DNA from: an uncultured Desulfobacteraceae bacterium
Lineage (GTDB): Bacteria; Desulfobacterota; Desulfobacteria; Desulfobacterales; UBA2174
Assembly: GCA_937982505.1 (NCBI GenBank)
Contig: CALJLV010000084.1
Coordinates: forward strand, 4,826-68,825
Direction of reading: 5' to 3'
Length of the DNA stretch: 64,000 bases
This document shows positions 27,346-38,052 of the stretch, one piece after another. The notes under the pieces were generated by a model. It ran no database searches. It was not told the DNA's origin and worked only from the letters and a program-made list of their open reading frames with translations. Position 1 is the stretch's first letter, and every line of letters starts with the position of its first letter. A program made the position numbers and the translations under genes.

Positions 27346-28662
27346 ATGCCCGTAACCCGCTCCGACGCCGACCAGGAAACCTACAGCCGCCTGCGGCTGT
27401 TGATGTTCTTCCGGGTGCTCTTTACCACCCTGCTGCTCAGCTCGACCATCGTCCTGCAGACCGGCAAGGCCGTTTCCGCCGTGGCGCCGCCGCTGGTGGT
27501 GCTCTACGCCCTGATCGTGGCGATTTTCCTCCTGTCGTGCGTCTATGCCGTGATTCTGCCCCGCACCCGGTCCCCTTCCCGTCTGGCCTCCCTGCAGGTG
27601 GGCATCGACACGCTGATCGTCACCCTGGTGATCCTGGTCACGGGCAGTTTCGCCAGCATCTTCTCCTTTCTCTATCTGGTGGTCATCATCTATTCGAGCA
27701 TCCTGCTGGAGCGCGGCGGCAGCATGCTCATGGCCGGGTTGTGCAGCATCCAGTACGGGGTCCTGGTCAATCTCGAATTTTTCGGCCTCTTTGTTCCCTT
27801 CGTGGTGGATGCCAGCCCCACGGCCATGACCTATCTGTGGCGCGACGTGCTCTACAAGGTGCTGATCACCACCGTGAGCTGCTTTGCGGTGGCCATTCTC
27901 AGCGATCTGCTGGCCGAACAGGTGCGCAAAAGCCGCAAGGCCCTCAAAACCATGGAGGAACGCATGCGGCGGGTGGAGAAGCTGGCCGCCATGGGCGAAA
28001 TGGCGGCGGGAATGGCCCACGAACTGAAAAACCCGCTGGCCGCCCTGGCCGGTTCGATCCAGCTGCTGCGCGAAGAGCTGCCCGCTCGGCCGTCCCATGA
28101 ACGGTTGATCCAGATCGCCCTGCGGGAAACCAGCCGCCTCAACGATCTGCTCACCGATTTTCTGACCTTCGCCCGCCCGCCGGCCGGCAAGCGCCGTCCG
28201 CTGCGCCTGGATCGCGCCGTCAGCGAAATCGTGGCCCTGTTCGAAAGGGACGGCACCTGCGCCGGGCGCATCCAGATTGAAAAGACGATGACGCCAGACC
28301 TCTGGGTGGCCATGGATCCGGTCCATCTGCGCCAGATCCTCTGGAACCTGCTGCTCAATGCGGCCGAGGCCATCGATGGACACGGCCGCATCGCTGTCGA
28401 GGTCCGTGCGGCGCGCGGCGACAAGGCTGAAATTCGCGTTCGCGACAGTGGCTGCGGGATCCCCGCCGAATTGATGGAAAGCATCTTCAATCCGTTTTTC
28501 ACCACCAAGACCGAAGGGACCGGTCTGGGGCTGTCCGTGGTACATCGGCTCCTGGAATCCTATGACGGCTTCCTGCAGGTGGAAAGCCAGCCCGGAAGAG
28601 GCGCCCTGGTGACACTGACCCTGAATGCCATCGCTCCTCCGGAAAAGCGGCCCGAGCCTTGA
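27346..28662 (+). CDS. PilS-like membrane sensor histidine kinase
   Basis: 438 aa with ~6 N-terminal TM helices. H-box MAAGMAHELKNPLAAL. N box LLNAAEA. G boxes DSGCGIP and GTGLGLS. No receiver domain. Position directly after pilC suggests PilS. Confidence 0.8.
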   Translation: MPVTRSDADQETYSRLRLLMFFRVLFTTLLLSSTIVLQTGKAVSAVAPPLVVLYALIVAIFLLSCVYAVILPRTRSPSRLASLQVGIDTLIVTLVILVTGSFASIFSFLYLVVIIYSSILLERGGSMLMAGLCSIQYGVLVNLEFFGLFVPFVVDASPTAMTYLWRDVLYKVLITTVSCFAVAILSDLLAEQVRKSRKALKTMEERMRRVEKLAAMGEMAAGMAHELKNPLAALAGSIQLLREELPARPSHERLIQIALRETSRLNDLLTDFLTFARPPAGKRRPLRLDRAVSEIVALFERDGTCAGRIQIEKTMTPDLWVAMDPVHLRQILWNLLLNAAEAIDGHGRIAVEVRAARGDKAEIRVRDSGCGIPAELMESIFNPFFTTKTEGTGLGLSVVHRLLESYDGFLQVESQPGRGALVTLTLNAIAPPEKRPEP

Positions 28663-28793
28663 CAATCAAAGTCGAAATACGGTACTAAAGTCGGCTTGTT
28701 TTTTGCGTCGAAAACACCTAACCAGCCGGAAAATGCAGAGGTTTGGCTGTTTCCCGGCACAGGGGCCACAACCCGGCCCCGCCCGAGGTTCCC

Positions 28794-30272
28794 ATGAGTC
28801 CAGTAACCGAGCTAGCCCAGCAGCGGCGCGAGAAAATCGAGGCCCTGCGGCGCGATCGGATCAATCCTTTCCCCAACGATTTTTCCGTCACCCACGACGT
28901 GGCCGAGCTGCGAAGCCTTATCCAGGCCAGCCCCGACGGCCTGCGCGAAGATCATCCGGTTTTCGCCGTAGCCGGCCGCATCATGGCCATCAACCGCTTC
29001 GGCAAGGCGGCCTTCCTGCGCCTGCGGGATCGCACGGGTCCCATCCAGGCCTATGTGCGCCGGGACCGTGTCGGCGAATCGGCCTATGCCCTCTTCCGCC
29101 GGATGGACATCGGCGATTTCATCGGAATTCACGGCGGGTTGTTTCAAACCCGCACCGGGGAATGGACCCTCATGGTGCGCGACCTTCGCCTGGTGGCCAA
29201 GTCTGTGCGCCCCCTGCCCGAGAAGTTCCACGGCCTCAAAGATCCGGAAAAACGCTACCGGCGGCGCTACCTGGACCTGATGATGAATGACGAGGTGCGC
29301 GAAATTTTTCGCCGCCGCAGCCGCATCGTCCAAGAGATTCGAGGCTTTTTGCTGGAGCGCGATTTTCTCGAGGTGGAAACGCCCATGATGCAGACCGTGC
29401 CGGGCGGGGCCGAGGCCACTCCCTTCGTGACCCATCACAACGCCCTGGACATTCCCCTCTATCTGCGCATCGCCCCGGAACTCTATCTCAAGCGGCTGGT
29501 GGTGGGCGGATTCGAGCGCGTCTTTGAAATCAACCGCAATTTCCGCAACGAAGGGGTCTCGACGCGCCACAACCCGGAATTCACCATGCTGGAGTTTTAC
29601 CAGGCCTACGCCCGCCATAGCGACCTGATGCGGCTTACCGAAGAAATGTTTCGCCGCACCGCCGAGGCCGTCACCGGATCCTGCACCATCGACTATCAGG
29701 GCCAGACCATCGATTTGGCGCCCCCCTGGCGGCGCATCGCACTCTACGAGGCCCTGGTGCAGATCGGCGGACTGGCGCCCTCCGTACTCCAGGACCGGGA
29801 TCGGCTGCTGGCTGCTGCGGCCGAGCGGCAGGTGCCGGTCAATCCCCAGGCCCGATCGGGCAAAATCGTCACCAAGCTCTTCGAGGCCCTGGTGGAGCCG
29901 CACCTGATCCAACCCACCTTTGTCACCGGCTACCCGGTGGAGGTTTCTCCATTGTCCCGGCGCAGCGACACGGCCCCCGAGGTGACCGAACGCTTTGAGC
30001 TGTTCATCGCCGGCTATGAAATCGCCAACGGGTTTTCGGAGCTGAATGATCCGGAGGATCAATACCAGCGATTCGCCCAGCAGGTGGCCGATCGCCAAGC
30101 CGGCGAAACCGAGGCCCATCCCATGGATCTGGACTACATCGAAGCGCTGGAGTTCGGGATGCCCCCCGCGGCCGGGGAAGGCGTGGGGATCGACCGGCTG
30201 ACCATGCTGCTCACCGATGCGCCCAGCATTCGGGAAGTGATCCTTTTTCCGCACCTCAAACCGCGGGCGTGA
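28794..30272 (+). CDS. lysS: lysine--tRNA ligase (class II)
   Basis: ORF 28743..30272 trimmed to ATG 28794 (MSPVTELAQQRREKIEALRRDRINPFPNDF). OB-fold anticodon-binding domain and class II motifs (FLEVETPMMQ, YLRIAPELYLKRL, FRNEG, GIDRLTMLL). Confidence 0.96.
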   Translation: MSPVTELAQQRREKIEALRRDRINPFPNDFSVTHDVAELRSLIQASPDGLREDHPVFAVAGRIMAINRFGKAAFLRLRDRTGPIQAYVRRDRVGESAYALFRRMDIGDFIGIHGGLFQTRTGEWTLMVRDLRLVAKSVRPLPEKFHGLKDPEKRYRRRYLDLMMNDEVREIFRRRSRIVQEIRGFLLERDFLEVETPMMQTVPGGAEATPFVTHHNALDIPLYLRIAPELYLKRLVVGGFERVFEINRNFRNEGVSTRHNPEFTMLEFYQAYARHSDLMRLTEEMFRRTAEAVTGSCTIDYQGQTIDLAPPWRRIALYEALVQIGGLAPSVLQDRDRLLAAAAERQVPVNPQARSGKIVTKLFEALVEPHLIQPTFVTGYPVEVSPLSRRSDTAPEVTERFELFIAGYEIANGFSELNDPEDQYQRFAQQVADRQAGETEAHPMDLDYIEALEFGMPPAAGEGVGIDRLTMLLTDAPSIREVILFPHLKPRA

Positions 30273-30305
30273 TCACCCCCGCAATGCGGCCAGGCAAGGC
30301 GCCCC

Positions 30306-31524
30306 ATGCGATTTGAAACCTTTATCACCCGGCGCTACCTGCGGGTGGGACAAAAACAGGCCTTCATTTCGCTCATCGGTCTGCTTTCCATCGCCGGGGT
30401 GGCGGTGGGGGTCATGGCCCTGATGGTGGTGATCGCCGTCATGACCGGCTTCGAGGCCGATCTCAAGCGGCGGCTTCTGGCCATGCAGGCCCATGTGGTG
30501 CTCAGCCCGCGCGCCCACCTCGCCGATGCCGCAGCCGATCTCCAGCGGCTGGAGCAAATCCCCGGGGTAGTGTCCGCCGCCCCCTTCGTGGAAAGCCAGG
30601 TGATGCTCCGTTCGGCCAGGGCAGCCGCCGGCGTGGTGCTGAAGGGCATCGAACCGGCACGTGCCGTCCGGGTCCTCGATGCCGGCATCGACCTGCGGGC
30701 CCTGGCTTCCCCTCCCCCATCGACCGCTGAAGCGCCCAGCCTGGGCGGCATCGTGCTCGGGCAGGATCTGGCCCGGCAACTCGGGGTGGTCAAGGGAGAC
30801 CGGGTCTTTCTGGTGGCCCCCCAGGGAATCCTCGCCCCCGTGGGGCACGTGCCGGCCATGCGCCCGTTTTCCGTGGCGGGGGATTTCGCCTCGGGGATTT
30901 ACGAATATGACGGCAGTCTGGCATTCGTGGGCATGGCCGAAGCCCAGCGGGTCCTGCGCCTGGGCGACGCAATTTCCGGTATCCAGGTGCGCCTGGCTGA
31001 CATCGACGATGCCGAGCAGGTGGCGCGGGCCATCGAGCGGCAAATGGGGGCGGTTTTCACCGTGCGCCCCTGGACCGCCGCCAACCGCAGCCTCCTGAGC
31101 GCCCTCAAACTGGAAAAAGCCGCCATGTTCGTCATCCTGGCCCTCATCGTGTCGGTGGCCGCGCTGAACATCGCCGGCGCCCTGGTGATGACGGTCATGC
31201 AAAAGGCCCGGGACATCGCCATTCTCAAGGCCCTGGGCGCCACCGACGGCGTCATTCGGCGCATCTTCGTGATGAACGGGTTGCTGATCGGCGCCATCGG
31301 GGTCGTCATGGGAGCCGCCCTGGGCGCTGGGCTCTGCCGCTTGCTGGCCTCTTCGGACCTGATCCGCCTGCCCGGCGACCTTTTTTACATCACCCGCTTG
31401 CCGATCCACCTTCTGCCCGCGGATGTGCTCGCCATCGGCCTGGCGGCCATGGGGATCTGCCTTCTGGCCACCCTCTATCCGGCTCACCAGGCCGCCCGGC
31501 TCAACCCCGTGGAGACGATTCGCC

Positions 31525-31532
<8 letters not shown>
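30306..31532 (+). CDS. lipoprotein-releasing ABC transporter permease (LolC/LolE family)
   Basis: 408 aa: MRFETFITRRYLRVGQKQAFISLIGLLSIAGVAVGVMALMVVIAVMTGF... MacB/FtsX-type topology with a periplasmic domain and a C-terminal FtsX 3-TM bundle. Confidence 0.9.
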
Positions 31533-32223
<691 letters not shown>

Positions 32224-32275
32224 CCGGCCATCGTGCCACAAGTCGTGGCGTGCGCGCCGCAAGAATGGAGATCCC

Positions 32276-34969
32276 ATGCTCAACCCGCAACATCGTGCCG
32301 ATAGCGACGCCGAGCCGCGCCGGTCTCCGGGCGCCTTCCGTCTCCTGGCGGGGATCTGCTGCATCCTGGCGCTGCTCCTGGGCGCCGGCGGCCCGGTCGG
32401 GGCCCAGACGGATCCATCGATTTCCGTCCTGGCCCTTCCTTTCCGCGTCTTCGCCCAGGATCCCGCCACCGATCTGTCCCGCCAGATCGTTGACGCTCTG
32501 GCCGCCCAGTTGACCGCTGCCGGCGCCCGGGTGACCATCGCCGACATCGCCCCCGAAGACCTGACGGCCCTGATGGAGGCCGGAACCGAGACCGTCGCCG
32601 ACTACGGCCGCGCCCGGGGGGCTGGCTTCGTGCTCTGGGGCAGCCTCACCCGGGTTGGCGAACGGTTTTCCATCGATGGACACCTCACCGATGTCGCCAG
32701 CCAGCGAAGCGAGACGGTCTCCCTCGACGGTGAGCGCATCGAAACGATGGCCGCGACCCTCGGTGACCTGGCGCGCCAGTTCACCCCGATGCTGTTCAAG
32801 CAGGACAAGATCGCGGCCATCCGCGTCCAGGGCCATCAGCGCATCGAGTCCGACGCCATCGAAAGGGTCATCCGCAGCGCCCCTGGCGACAGGCTGGACC
32901 AACGCCAGCTGGCCGCCGATCTGAAAGCCGTCTTCGCCATGGGGTATTTCGACGACATCCGCATCGAGACCGCCGACGAGGCCGGCGGAAAAACGGTCAC
33001 CTTCCAGGTCAGGGAAAAACCGACGATCCGGGTCATCCGGGTCACGGGCAACCAGGTCTTCGACGACAAGGAGATCAACGAGGCCCTGACCCTGCGCACC
33101 GGTTCGATTCTCAACGAAAGCCAGATTCGCCACAACCTCCAGCGCATCCAGACCCTTTACCAGGAAAAGAACTATCACAACGTCAAGACCGACTACAGCA
33201 TCCATCCGCTGGACAACAACCAGGCCGACCTGGAATTCAAAATCGAGGAGGGAAGCAAGGTCCGCATTCAACGCATCGGGTTTCAGGGCAACCAGGCCGT
33301 TTCCGAAAAGCAGCTCAGAAAGCTGATGAAGACCAAGGAGGCCTGGTTCCTGTCCTGGTTGACGTCGGCCGGGGAGCTGAACCAGGACGTTCTGAACCAG
33401 GACGTCGGCCAGATTCGCGCCTATTACAGCAACAACGGCTACATCCAGGCGCGCGTGGCCGATCCGGTGGTCAACTTCCAGCAGGACGGTATCGAGGTGA
33501 CCCTCAAGATCGACGAAGGGCCCCAGTTCAAAGTAGGCAAGGTGACCGTCAGCGGCGATCTGGTGCAACCGGCCGAACAGCTGGCGGCCAAGCTGAGCAT
33601 CGGCAAGGAGACCCATTTCAGCCGCGAAGTGGTGCGCAACGACGTGCTGATGCTCACCGACCTTTACGCCGACGAGGGCTACGCCTACGCCGAGATCGTG
33701 CCCAGCACCACGACCCAGGCCCAGGACCTGAGCGTGGACATCGATTACGCCGTGCGCCAGGGGCCCCTGGTCTATTTCGAAAAGATCGTCATCAGCGGCA
33801 ACACCCGCACCCGCGACAAGGTGATCCGGCGCCAGCTGGAAGTCTATGAACAGGAGCTCTACCAGGGCGCCAAACTGAAAAAGGGGATCCGCAACCTCAT
33901 GCGGCTGGAGTATTTCGAGGACGTCAAGGTCGACACGCCCCAGGGCAGCGCCGAAGACCGCATGATCCTCAAGGTGGACGTGGCGGAAAAGCCCACCGGG
34001 GCCTTCACCTTCGGCGGCGGCTACAGCAGCGTCGAAAATGTCTTCACGATGTTCGCCGTCTCCCAGCGCAACTTCCTCGGCCGGGGCCAGATCCTCCACG
34101 CCCAGGCCCAACTGGGCGGCATGACCACCAAATACAATTTGAGCTTCACCGAACCGTGGCTTTTCGACATCCCCCTGGCGGCCACGGTCGACGCCTACAA
34201 CTGGGAAACCGATTACGACTCCTACGATCGCGAGAGCATGGGTGCGGGGCTGCGCCTGAGCTACCCCTTCTGGGAGAACGTGCGCCTCTACTGGGGGTAC
34301 CGCTACGACATTTCGGACATCACCAACATCAACACCACCTCGCGCTCGATCCTGCAAATGGCGGGCGAGAACATCACCAGCTCCACCGATGTGGCCGTGC
34401 GCTACGACTCGCGCGACCGGCTCTTCAACCCCACCGAGGGGGCCCTGCACGGCATCAGCCTCGAGTACGCCGGCCTGGGCGGGGATGTGGGCTTCGTCAA
34501 AACCGAGGCCGAAACCAGCGTCTACTTTCCGCTGATCGGCGAATTCATCGGTTTTGTGCGCGCCAAGGGGGGGGTCGTGAGCGAAAGCGAGGGCAAGCTC
34601 CTGCCGGACTACGAAAAATTTTACCTGGGCGGGATCAACTCCCTGCGCGGTTTTCGCTGGCGCGATCTGGCCCCCCTGGAGGACGGAGATCACGTGGGCG
34701 GGGAAAAGTATCTCCAGTTCAATGCCGAAGTGCTCTTCCCGATGGAAAAGAAGATGGGCGTCATGGGCGTGCTCTTCTTCGACACCGGAGAGGTGTTCAG
34801 CAAGGACGAAAGCGTCGCCCTGGGGAACCTGCGCGAAAGCGTGGGCGCCGGAATCCGCTGGTATTCGCCCATCGGACCGATCCGGGTCGAATACGGCCAC
34901 ATCCTCGACCCCAAGACCGGGGCCGGCGAGGGCGGGCGCTGGGAGTTCACCATGGGCAGCACGTTCTGA
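32276..34969 (+). CDS. bamA: outer membrane protein assembly factor BamA (Omp85) with an extra N-terminal domain
   Basis: 897 aa. Signal peptide (LLAGICCILALLLGAGGPVGAQ), a ~130-aa non-POTRA region, five POTRA-like repeats starting at KIAAIRVQGHQRIESDAIERVI, and an Omp85 barrel with C-terminal ...RWEFTMGSTF. Confidence 0.95.
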   Translation: MLNPQHRADSDAEPRRSPGAFRLLAGICCILALLLGAGGPVGAQTDPSISVLALPFRVFAQDPATDLSRQIVDALAAQLTAAGARVTIADIAPEDLTALMEAGTETVADYGRARGAGFVLWGSLTRVGERFSIDGHLTDVASQRSETVSLDGERIETMAATLGDLARQFTPMLFKQDKIAAIRVQGHQRIESDAIERVIRSAPGDRLDQRQLAADLKAVFAMGYFDDIRIETADEAGGKTVTFQVREKPTIRVIRVTGNQVFDDKEINEALTLRTGSILNESQIRHNLQRIQTLYQEKNYHNVKTDYSIHPLDNNQADLEFKIEEGSKVRIQRIGFQGNQAVSEKQLRKLMKTKEAWFLSWLTSAGELNQDVLNQDVGQIRAYYSNNGYIQARVADPVVNFQQDGIEVTLKIDEGPQFKVGKVTVSGDLVQPAEQLAAKLSIGKETHFSREVVRNDVLMLTDLYADEGYAYAEIVPSTTTQAQDLSVDIDYAVRQGPLVYFEKIVISGNTRTRDKVIRRQLEVYEQELYQGAKLKKGIRNLMRLEYFEDVKVDTPQGSAEDRMILKVDVAEKPTGAFTFGGGYSSVENVFTMFAVSQRNFLGRGQILHAQAQLGGMTTKYNLSFTEPWLFDIPLAATVDAYNWETDYDSYDRESMGAGLRLSYPFWENVRLYWGYRYDISDITNINTTSRSILQMAGENITSSTDVAVRYDSRDRLFNPTEGALHGISLEYAGLGGDVGFVKTEAETSVYFPLIGEFIGFVRAKGGVVSESEGKLLPDYEKFYLGGINSLRGFRWRDLAPLEDGDHVGGEKYLQFNAEVLFPMEKKMGVMGVLFFDTGEVFSKDESVALGNLRESVGAGIRWYSPIGPIRVEYGHILDPKTGAGEGGRWEFTMGSTF

Positions 34970-35064
34970 TTGTTGCCCCCCGCGGGGGGGGCGGACATTG
35001 TGGTTTTATCACCCGAAGTTCTCATCACTTTCAACGACAGCGGATCCTGATCCAAGGAGGCATC

Positions 35065-35598
35065 ATGAAATACACCAAAACAGTGGCCTGGCTGATGGTG
35101 AGTGTCTGGTTCGGCATCGGTGCGGTGGCCGCGGCGGCCGAGGGCCGTGTGGGCGTCGTCGACTTTCAGCGGGTTCTGGACGAATCGGTGGCCGGCAAGG
35201 CCGCCCAGGCCGAAATCAACAAGCGCGGCAAGGAGATGGAGACGGCCCTCAAATCCAAGGGCGACGAACTGGAGGCCATGCGATCCCAGCTTCAGCGCGA
35301 CGCCATGGTGATGACCGGAGAGATGCGCGAGGAGAAGGAGCGCGAGTTCCGCATCAAGGTCAACGATCTCAAGGAAATGCAGAAAGACTACGCCAAGACG
35401 GCGCGCGAGATGCAGATTCGCGCCATGGCGCGCATCCGCAATGAAGTCGACGAGGTCGCCCGGGCCATCGGGGAAAAGGAGGGATTCGCCCTGATCATCG
35501 AAAAGCAGGAGGCCGGGGTGCTTTTCGCCGTCCCGGCCATCGACCTCACCGCCAAGGTGATCCAACGCTACGACGCCCAACCGCCCAAGGCCAAGTAG
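35065..35598 (+). CDS. skp: periplasmic chaperone Skp/OmpH
   Basis: ATG 35065 with SD AAGGAGG. Signal peptide MKYTKTVAWLMVSVWFGIGAVAAAA. Motif VGVVDFQRVLDESVAGKAAQAEINK followed by a long charged coiled-coil. Located between bamA and lpxD as in many Gram-negatives. Confidence 0.9.
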   Translation: MKYTKTVAWLMVSVWFGIGAVAAAAEGRVGVVDFQRVLDESVAGKAAQAEINKRGKEMETALKSKGDELEAMRSQLQRDAMVMTGEMREEKEREFRIKVNDLKEMQKDYAKTAREMQIRAMARIRNEVDEVARAIGEKEGFALIIEKQEAGVLFAVPAIDLTAKVIQRYDAQPPKAK

Positions 35599-35608
35599 GG
35601 CCGCGCCC

Positions 35609-36667
35609 ATGCCCGTTTCGCATGCCACCATGCCGCCCCAGCCGATGACGCTGACGCAGATCACCGCCTTGGTGAACGGCCGCCTGGCGGGAGACCCCGG
35701 GCGCCTGGTGTCCGGGGCGGCCCCCTTTGAAAGCGCCGCGCAGGGCGATATCAGCTTTGCCGCCGGCAAGGCCTATCTCGATCGCCTGGAGGACTGCCGG
35801 GCCGGTGCCGTGCTGGTGCCCCCCGGCACCGAGGCCCCCCGGCGCGACCTGATCCGGGTGGACAACCCCCAGGCGGCCTTCGCGCGGGTGCTGGAGATCC
35901 TGCACCCGCCGCCGCGCCCTGCCCCCGGCATCGCCCCCACGGCGGTCATCGGAGCCGATTTTCACTGCGGCGACGGGTGTTCCATCGGCCCCCAGGTGGT
36001 CATCGGCCATGGGGTGGTTCTGGGCCATCGGGTGGTCATCGAACCCCAGGGGGTCATCGGGGACCGGGTCCGGATCGGTGACGACACCCGGATCTTTCCC
36101 CGGGTGACCATCCTGGCCGATTGCCGCATCGGGTCCCGGGTGACGATCCAGTCGGGCACGGTGATCGGCTCGGACGGGTTCGGCTATGCCCGGGACGGCG
36201 ACCACTACCTGAAAATCATCCACCGCGGCATCGTCCAGATCGACGACGACGTGGAGATCGGCGCGGGCAACACCATCGATCGGGCCACCTTCGGACGCAC
36301 CTGGATCCGGTCCGGGGTGCGCACCGACAACTTGGTACACATCGCCCACAACGTCACGGTGGGGGAAAACACCGTCATCGTGGCCCAGGTGGGCATTTCC
36401 GGCAGCGTCACCATCGGCCGTCAGGTGATCCTGGCCGGCCAGGCCGGCATCGCCGGGCATCTACGCATCGGCGACGGGGCCACGGTGGGCCCCCAGGCGG
36501 GCGTGGCCCGCTCGGTGCCGCCGGGCCAGGTGGTCTCCGGATCGCCGGAAATGCCCCACGGACGGTGGCTTCGCGCCCAGCGCGTCGCCGCCCAACTGCC
36601 CGAACTGGCCCAGCGGCTGCGGGCCCTGGAAAAACGTCTGGCAGCCCTGGACGCCCGCGGGGAATGA
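35609..36667 (+). CDS. lpxD: UDP-3-O-(3-hydroxyacyl)glucosamine N-acyltransferase
   Basis: 352 aa with an N-terminal uridine-binding domain, a long hexapeptide beta-helix (TIQSGTVIGSDGFGY ... IAHNVTVGENTVIVAQVGISGS) and a C-terminal helix. The true start may be ATG 35645 (MTLTQITALVNGRL). Confidence 0.93.
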   Translation: MPVSHATMPPQPMTLTQITALVNGRLAGDPGRLVSGAAPFESAAQGDISFAAGKAYLDRLEDCRAGAVLVPPGTEAPRRDLIRVDNPQAAFARVLEILHPPPRPAPGIAPTAVIGADFHCGDGCSIGPQVVIGHGVVLGHRVVIEPQGVIGDRVRIGDDTRIFPRVTILADCRIGSRVTIQSGTVIGSDGFGYARDGDHYLKIIHRGIVQIDDDVEIGAGNTIDRATFGRTWIRSGVRTDNLVHIAHNVTVGENTVIVAQVGISGSVTIGRQVILAGQAGIAGHLRIGDGATVGPQAGVARSVPPGQVVSGSPEMPHGRWLRAQRVAAQLPELAQRLRALEKRLAALDARGE

Positions 36668-36697
36668 AACGGTCGAAGACCGAGGAAGCCAACGCGC

Positions 36698-37144
36698 ATG
36701 ACGCCGGTCTATGACATCCTCCGGATCATGGAGATCCTGCCCCACCGCCATCCGTTCATCCTGGTGGACCGGGTGCTGGAGCTGGTCGTGGGCGAGCGGA
36801 TCCGGGCCCTGAAAAACGTGACCATCAATGAACCGTTCTTCCAGGGCCATTTCCCCGGGACCCCCATCATGCCCGGTGTGCTGATCCTCGAAGCCCTGGG
36901 GCAGGCCGGAGGCCTTCTGCTCTGTGCCTCCAGACCGGCCGCCGAGAACGAACTGCTCTATTTCACCGGCATGGATCGGGTGCGCTTCCGGCGCCCGGTG
37001 GTCCCCGGGGACCAGCTGATCCTGGAAGCACGGCTGCTCAAGGTGCGCACCAGCGTGGCCAAAATCAGCGCCACCGCGGCGGTGGGCCAGCACCTGGCGG
37101 CCGAGGCCGAACTGATGGCCAATTTCAAGGAAAAACCCAAATGA
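36698..37144 (+). CDS. fabZ: 3-hydroxyacyl-ACP dehydratase FabZ
   Basis: 148 aa: ILPHRHPFILVDRVLEL ... FFQGHFPGTPIMPGVLILEALGQAGG. Canonical FabZ hot-dog motif. Confidence 0.96.
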   Translation: MTPVYDILRIMEILPHRHPFILVDRVLELVVGERIRALKNVTINEPFFQGHFPGTPIMPGVLILEALGQAGGLLLCASRPAAENELLYFTGMDRVRFRRPVVPGDQLILEARLLKVRTSVAKISATAAVGQHLAAEAELMANFKEKPK

Positions 37145-37199
37145 CCCGGGGCTGCCGGACAACCGTTTCGCCAGCCCCTCGAGATCACGAGGCCCCCAG

Positions 37200-37970
37200 A
37201 TGATCCACCCCACGGCCATCGTCAGCGCCGGCGCCGAAATCGGTCCCGATGTGTCCATCGGCCCCTACGCGGTGATCGGCGAAAACGTCTCCATCGGCGC
37301 CAACACCCGCATCGGGGCCCACGCCGTGATCGAACCGTACGTCAGCATCGGCCGTGATTGCCGCATCTTTCAGTTCGCCGCCATCGGCGGCGTGCCCCAA
37401 TCGGTCAAGTTCGAAGGCGAAAAGACCTACGTCAAGATCGCCCAGCGCTGCACGGTGCGGGAATTCGTCACTATTCACCGGGGTACGGCCTTCGGCGGCG
37501 GCCTGACCGAAATCGGCGAGGGCGGCTTCCTCATGGCCTACACCCACGTGGCCCACGACTGCCGCATCGGCCGCAACGTGATCATGGCCAACAACACCAC
37601 CCTGGCGGGCCACATCCAGATCGGCGACTACGCCACCGTGGGGGGCCTGGTGGCCATCCACCAGTTCGTCCGGGTCGGTGACCATGCCTTCATCGGCGGC
37701 AAGAGCGCGGTGGTCAAGGACATCCCCCCCTTTGTGATCGCCGCCGGGGACCGGGCCGCCCTCCACGGCCTGAACCGGGTCGGGTTGCAGCGCCACGGCT
37801 TCTCGCAGGAAACCCTGGCGGCTTTGAAAAAGAGCTACCGGATCGTCTTCCGCTTCGGCCTGACCCTCCAGGAGGCCCTGGCCCGGGTCAGGGCCGAGGT
37901 GGCCCCGATTCCCGAGGTGGTGCGCTTTCTCGAGTTTCTCGAATCTTCCCAGCGCGGGATCACCCGCTAG
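37200..37970 (+). CDS. lpxA: acyl-ACP--UDP-N-acetylglucosamine O-acyltransferase
   Basis: 256 aa: MIHPTAIVSAGAEIGPDVSIGPYAVIGENVSIG... Hexapeptide helix, the HVAHDCRIG catalytic His region and a C-terminal helical domain. Confidence 0.95.
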   Translation: MIHPTAIVSAGAEIGPDVSIGPYAVIGENVSIGANTRIGAHAVIEPYVSIGRDCRIFQFAAIGGVPQSVKFEGEKTYVKIAQRCTVREFVTIHRGTAFGGGLTEIGEGGFLMAYTHVAHDCRIGRNVIMANNTTLAGHIQIGDYATVGGLVAIHQFVRVGDHAFIGGKSAVVKDIPPFVIAAGDRAALHGLNRVGLQRHGFSQETLAALKKSYRIVFRFGLTLQEALARVRAEVAPIPEVVRFLEFLESSQRGITR

Positions 37971-38052
37971 GGCCGTGGACCTTGCCGCCATGGCCGATTT
38001 TGCCGGCAGGGGGCACGGCCCGGACCCAGGCCCCGGCCGCGGTGAAACGCTC

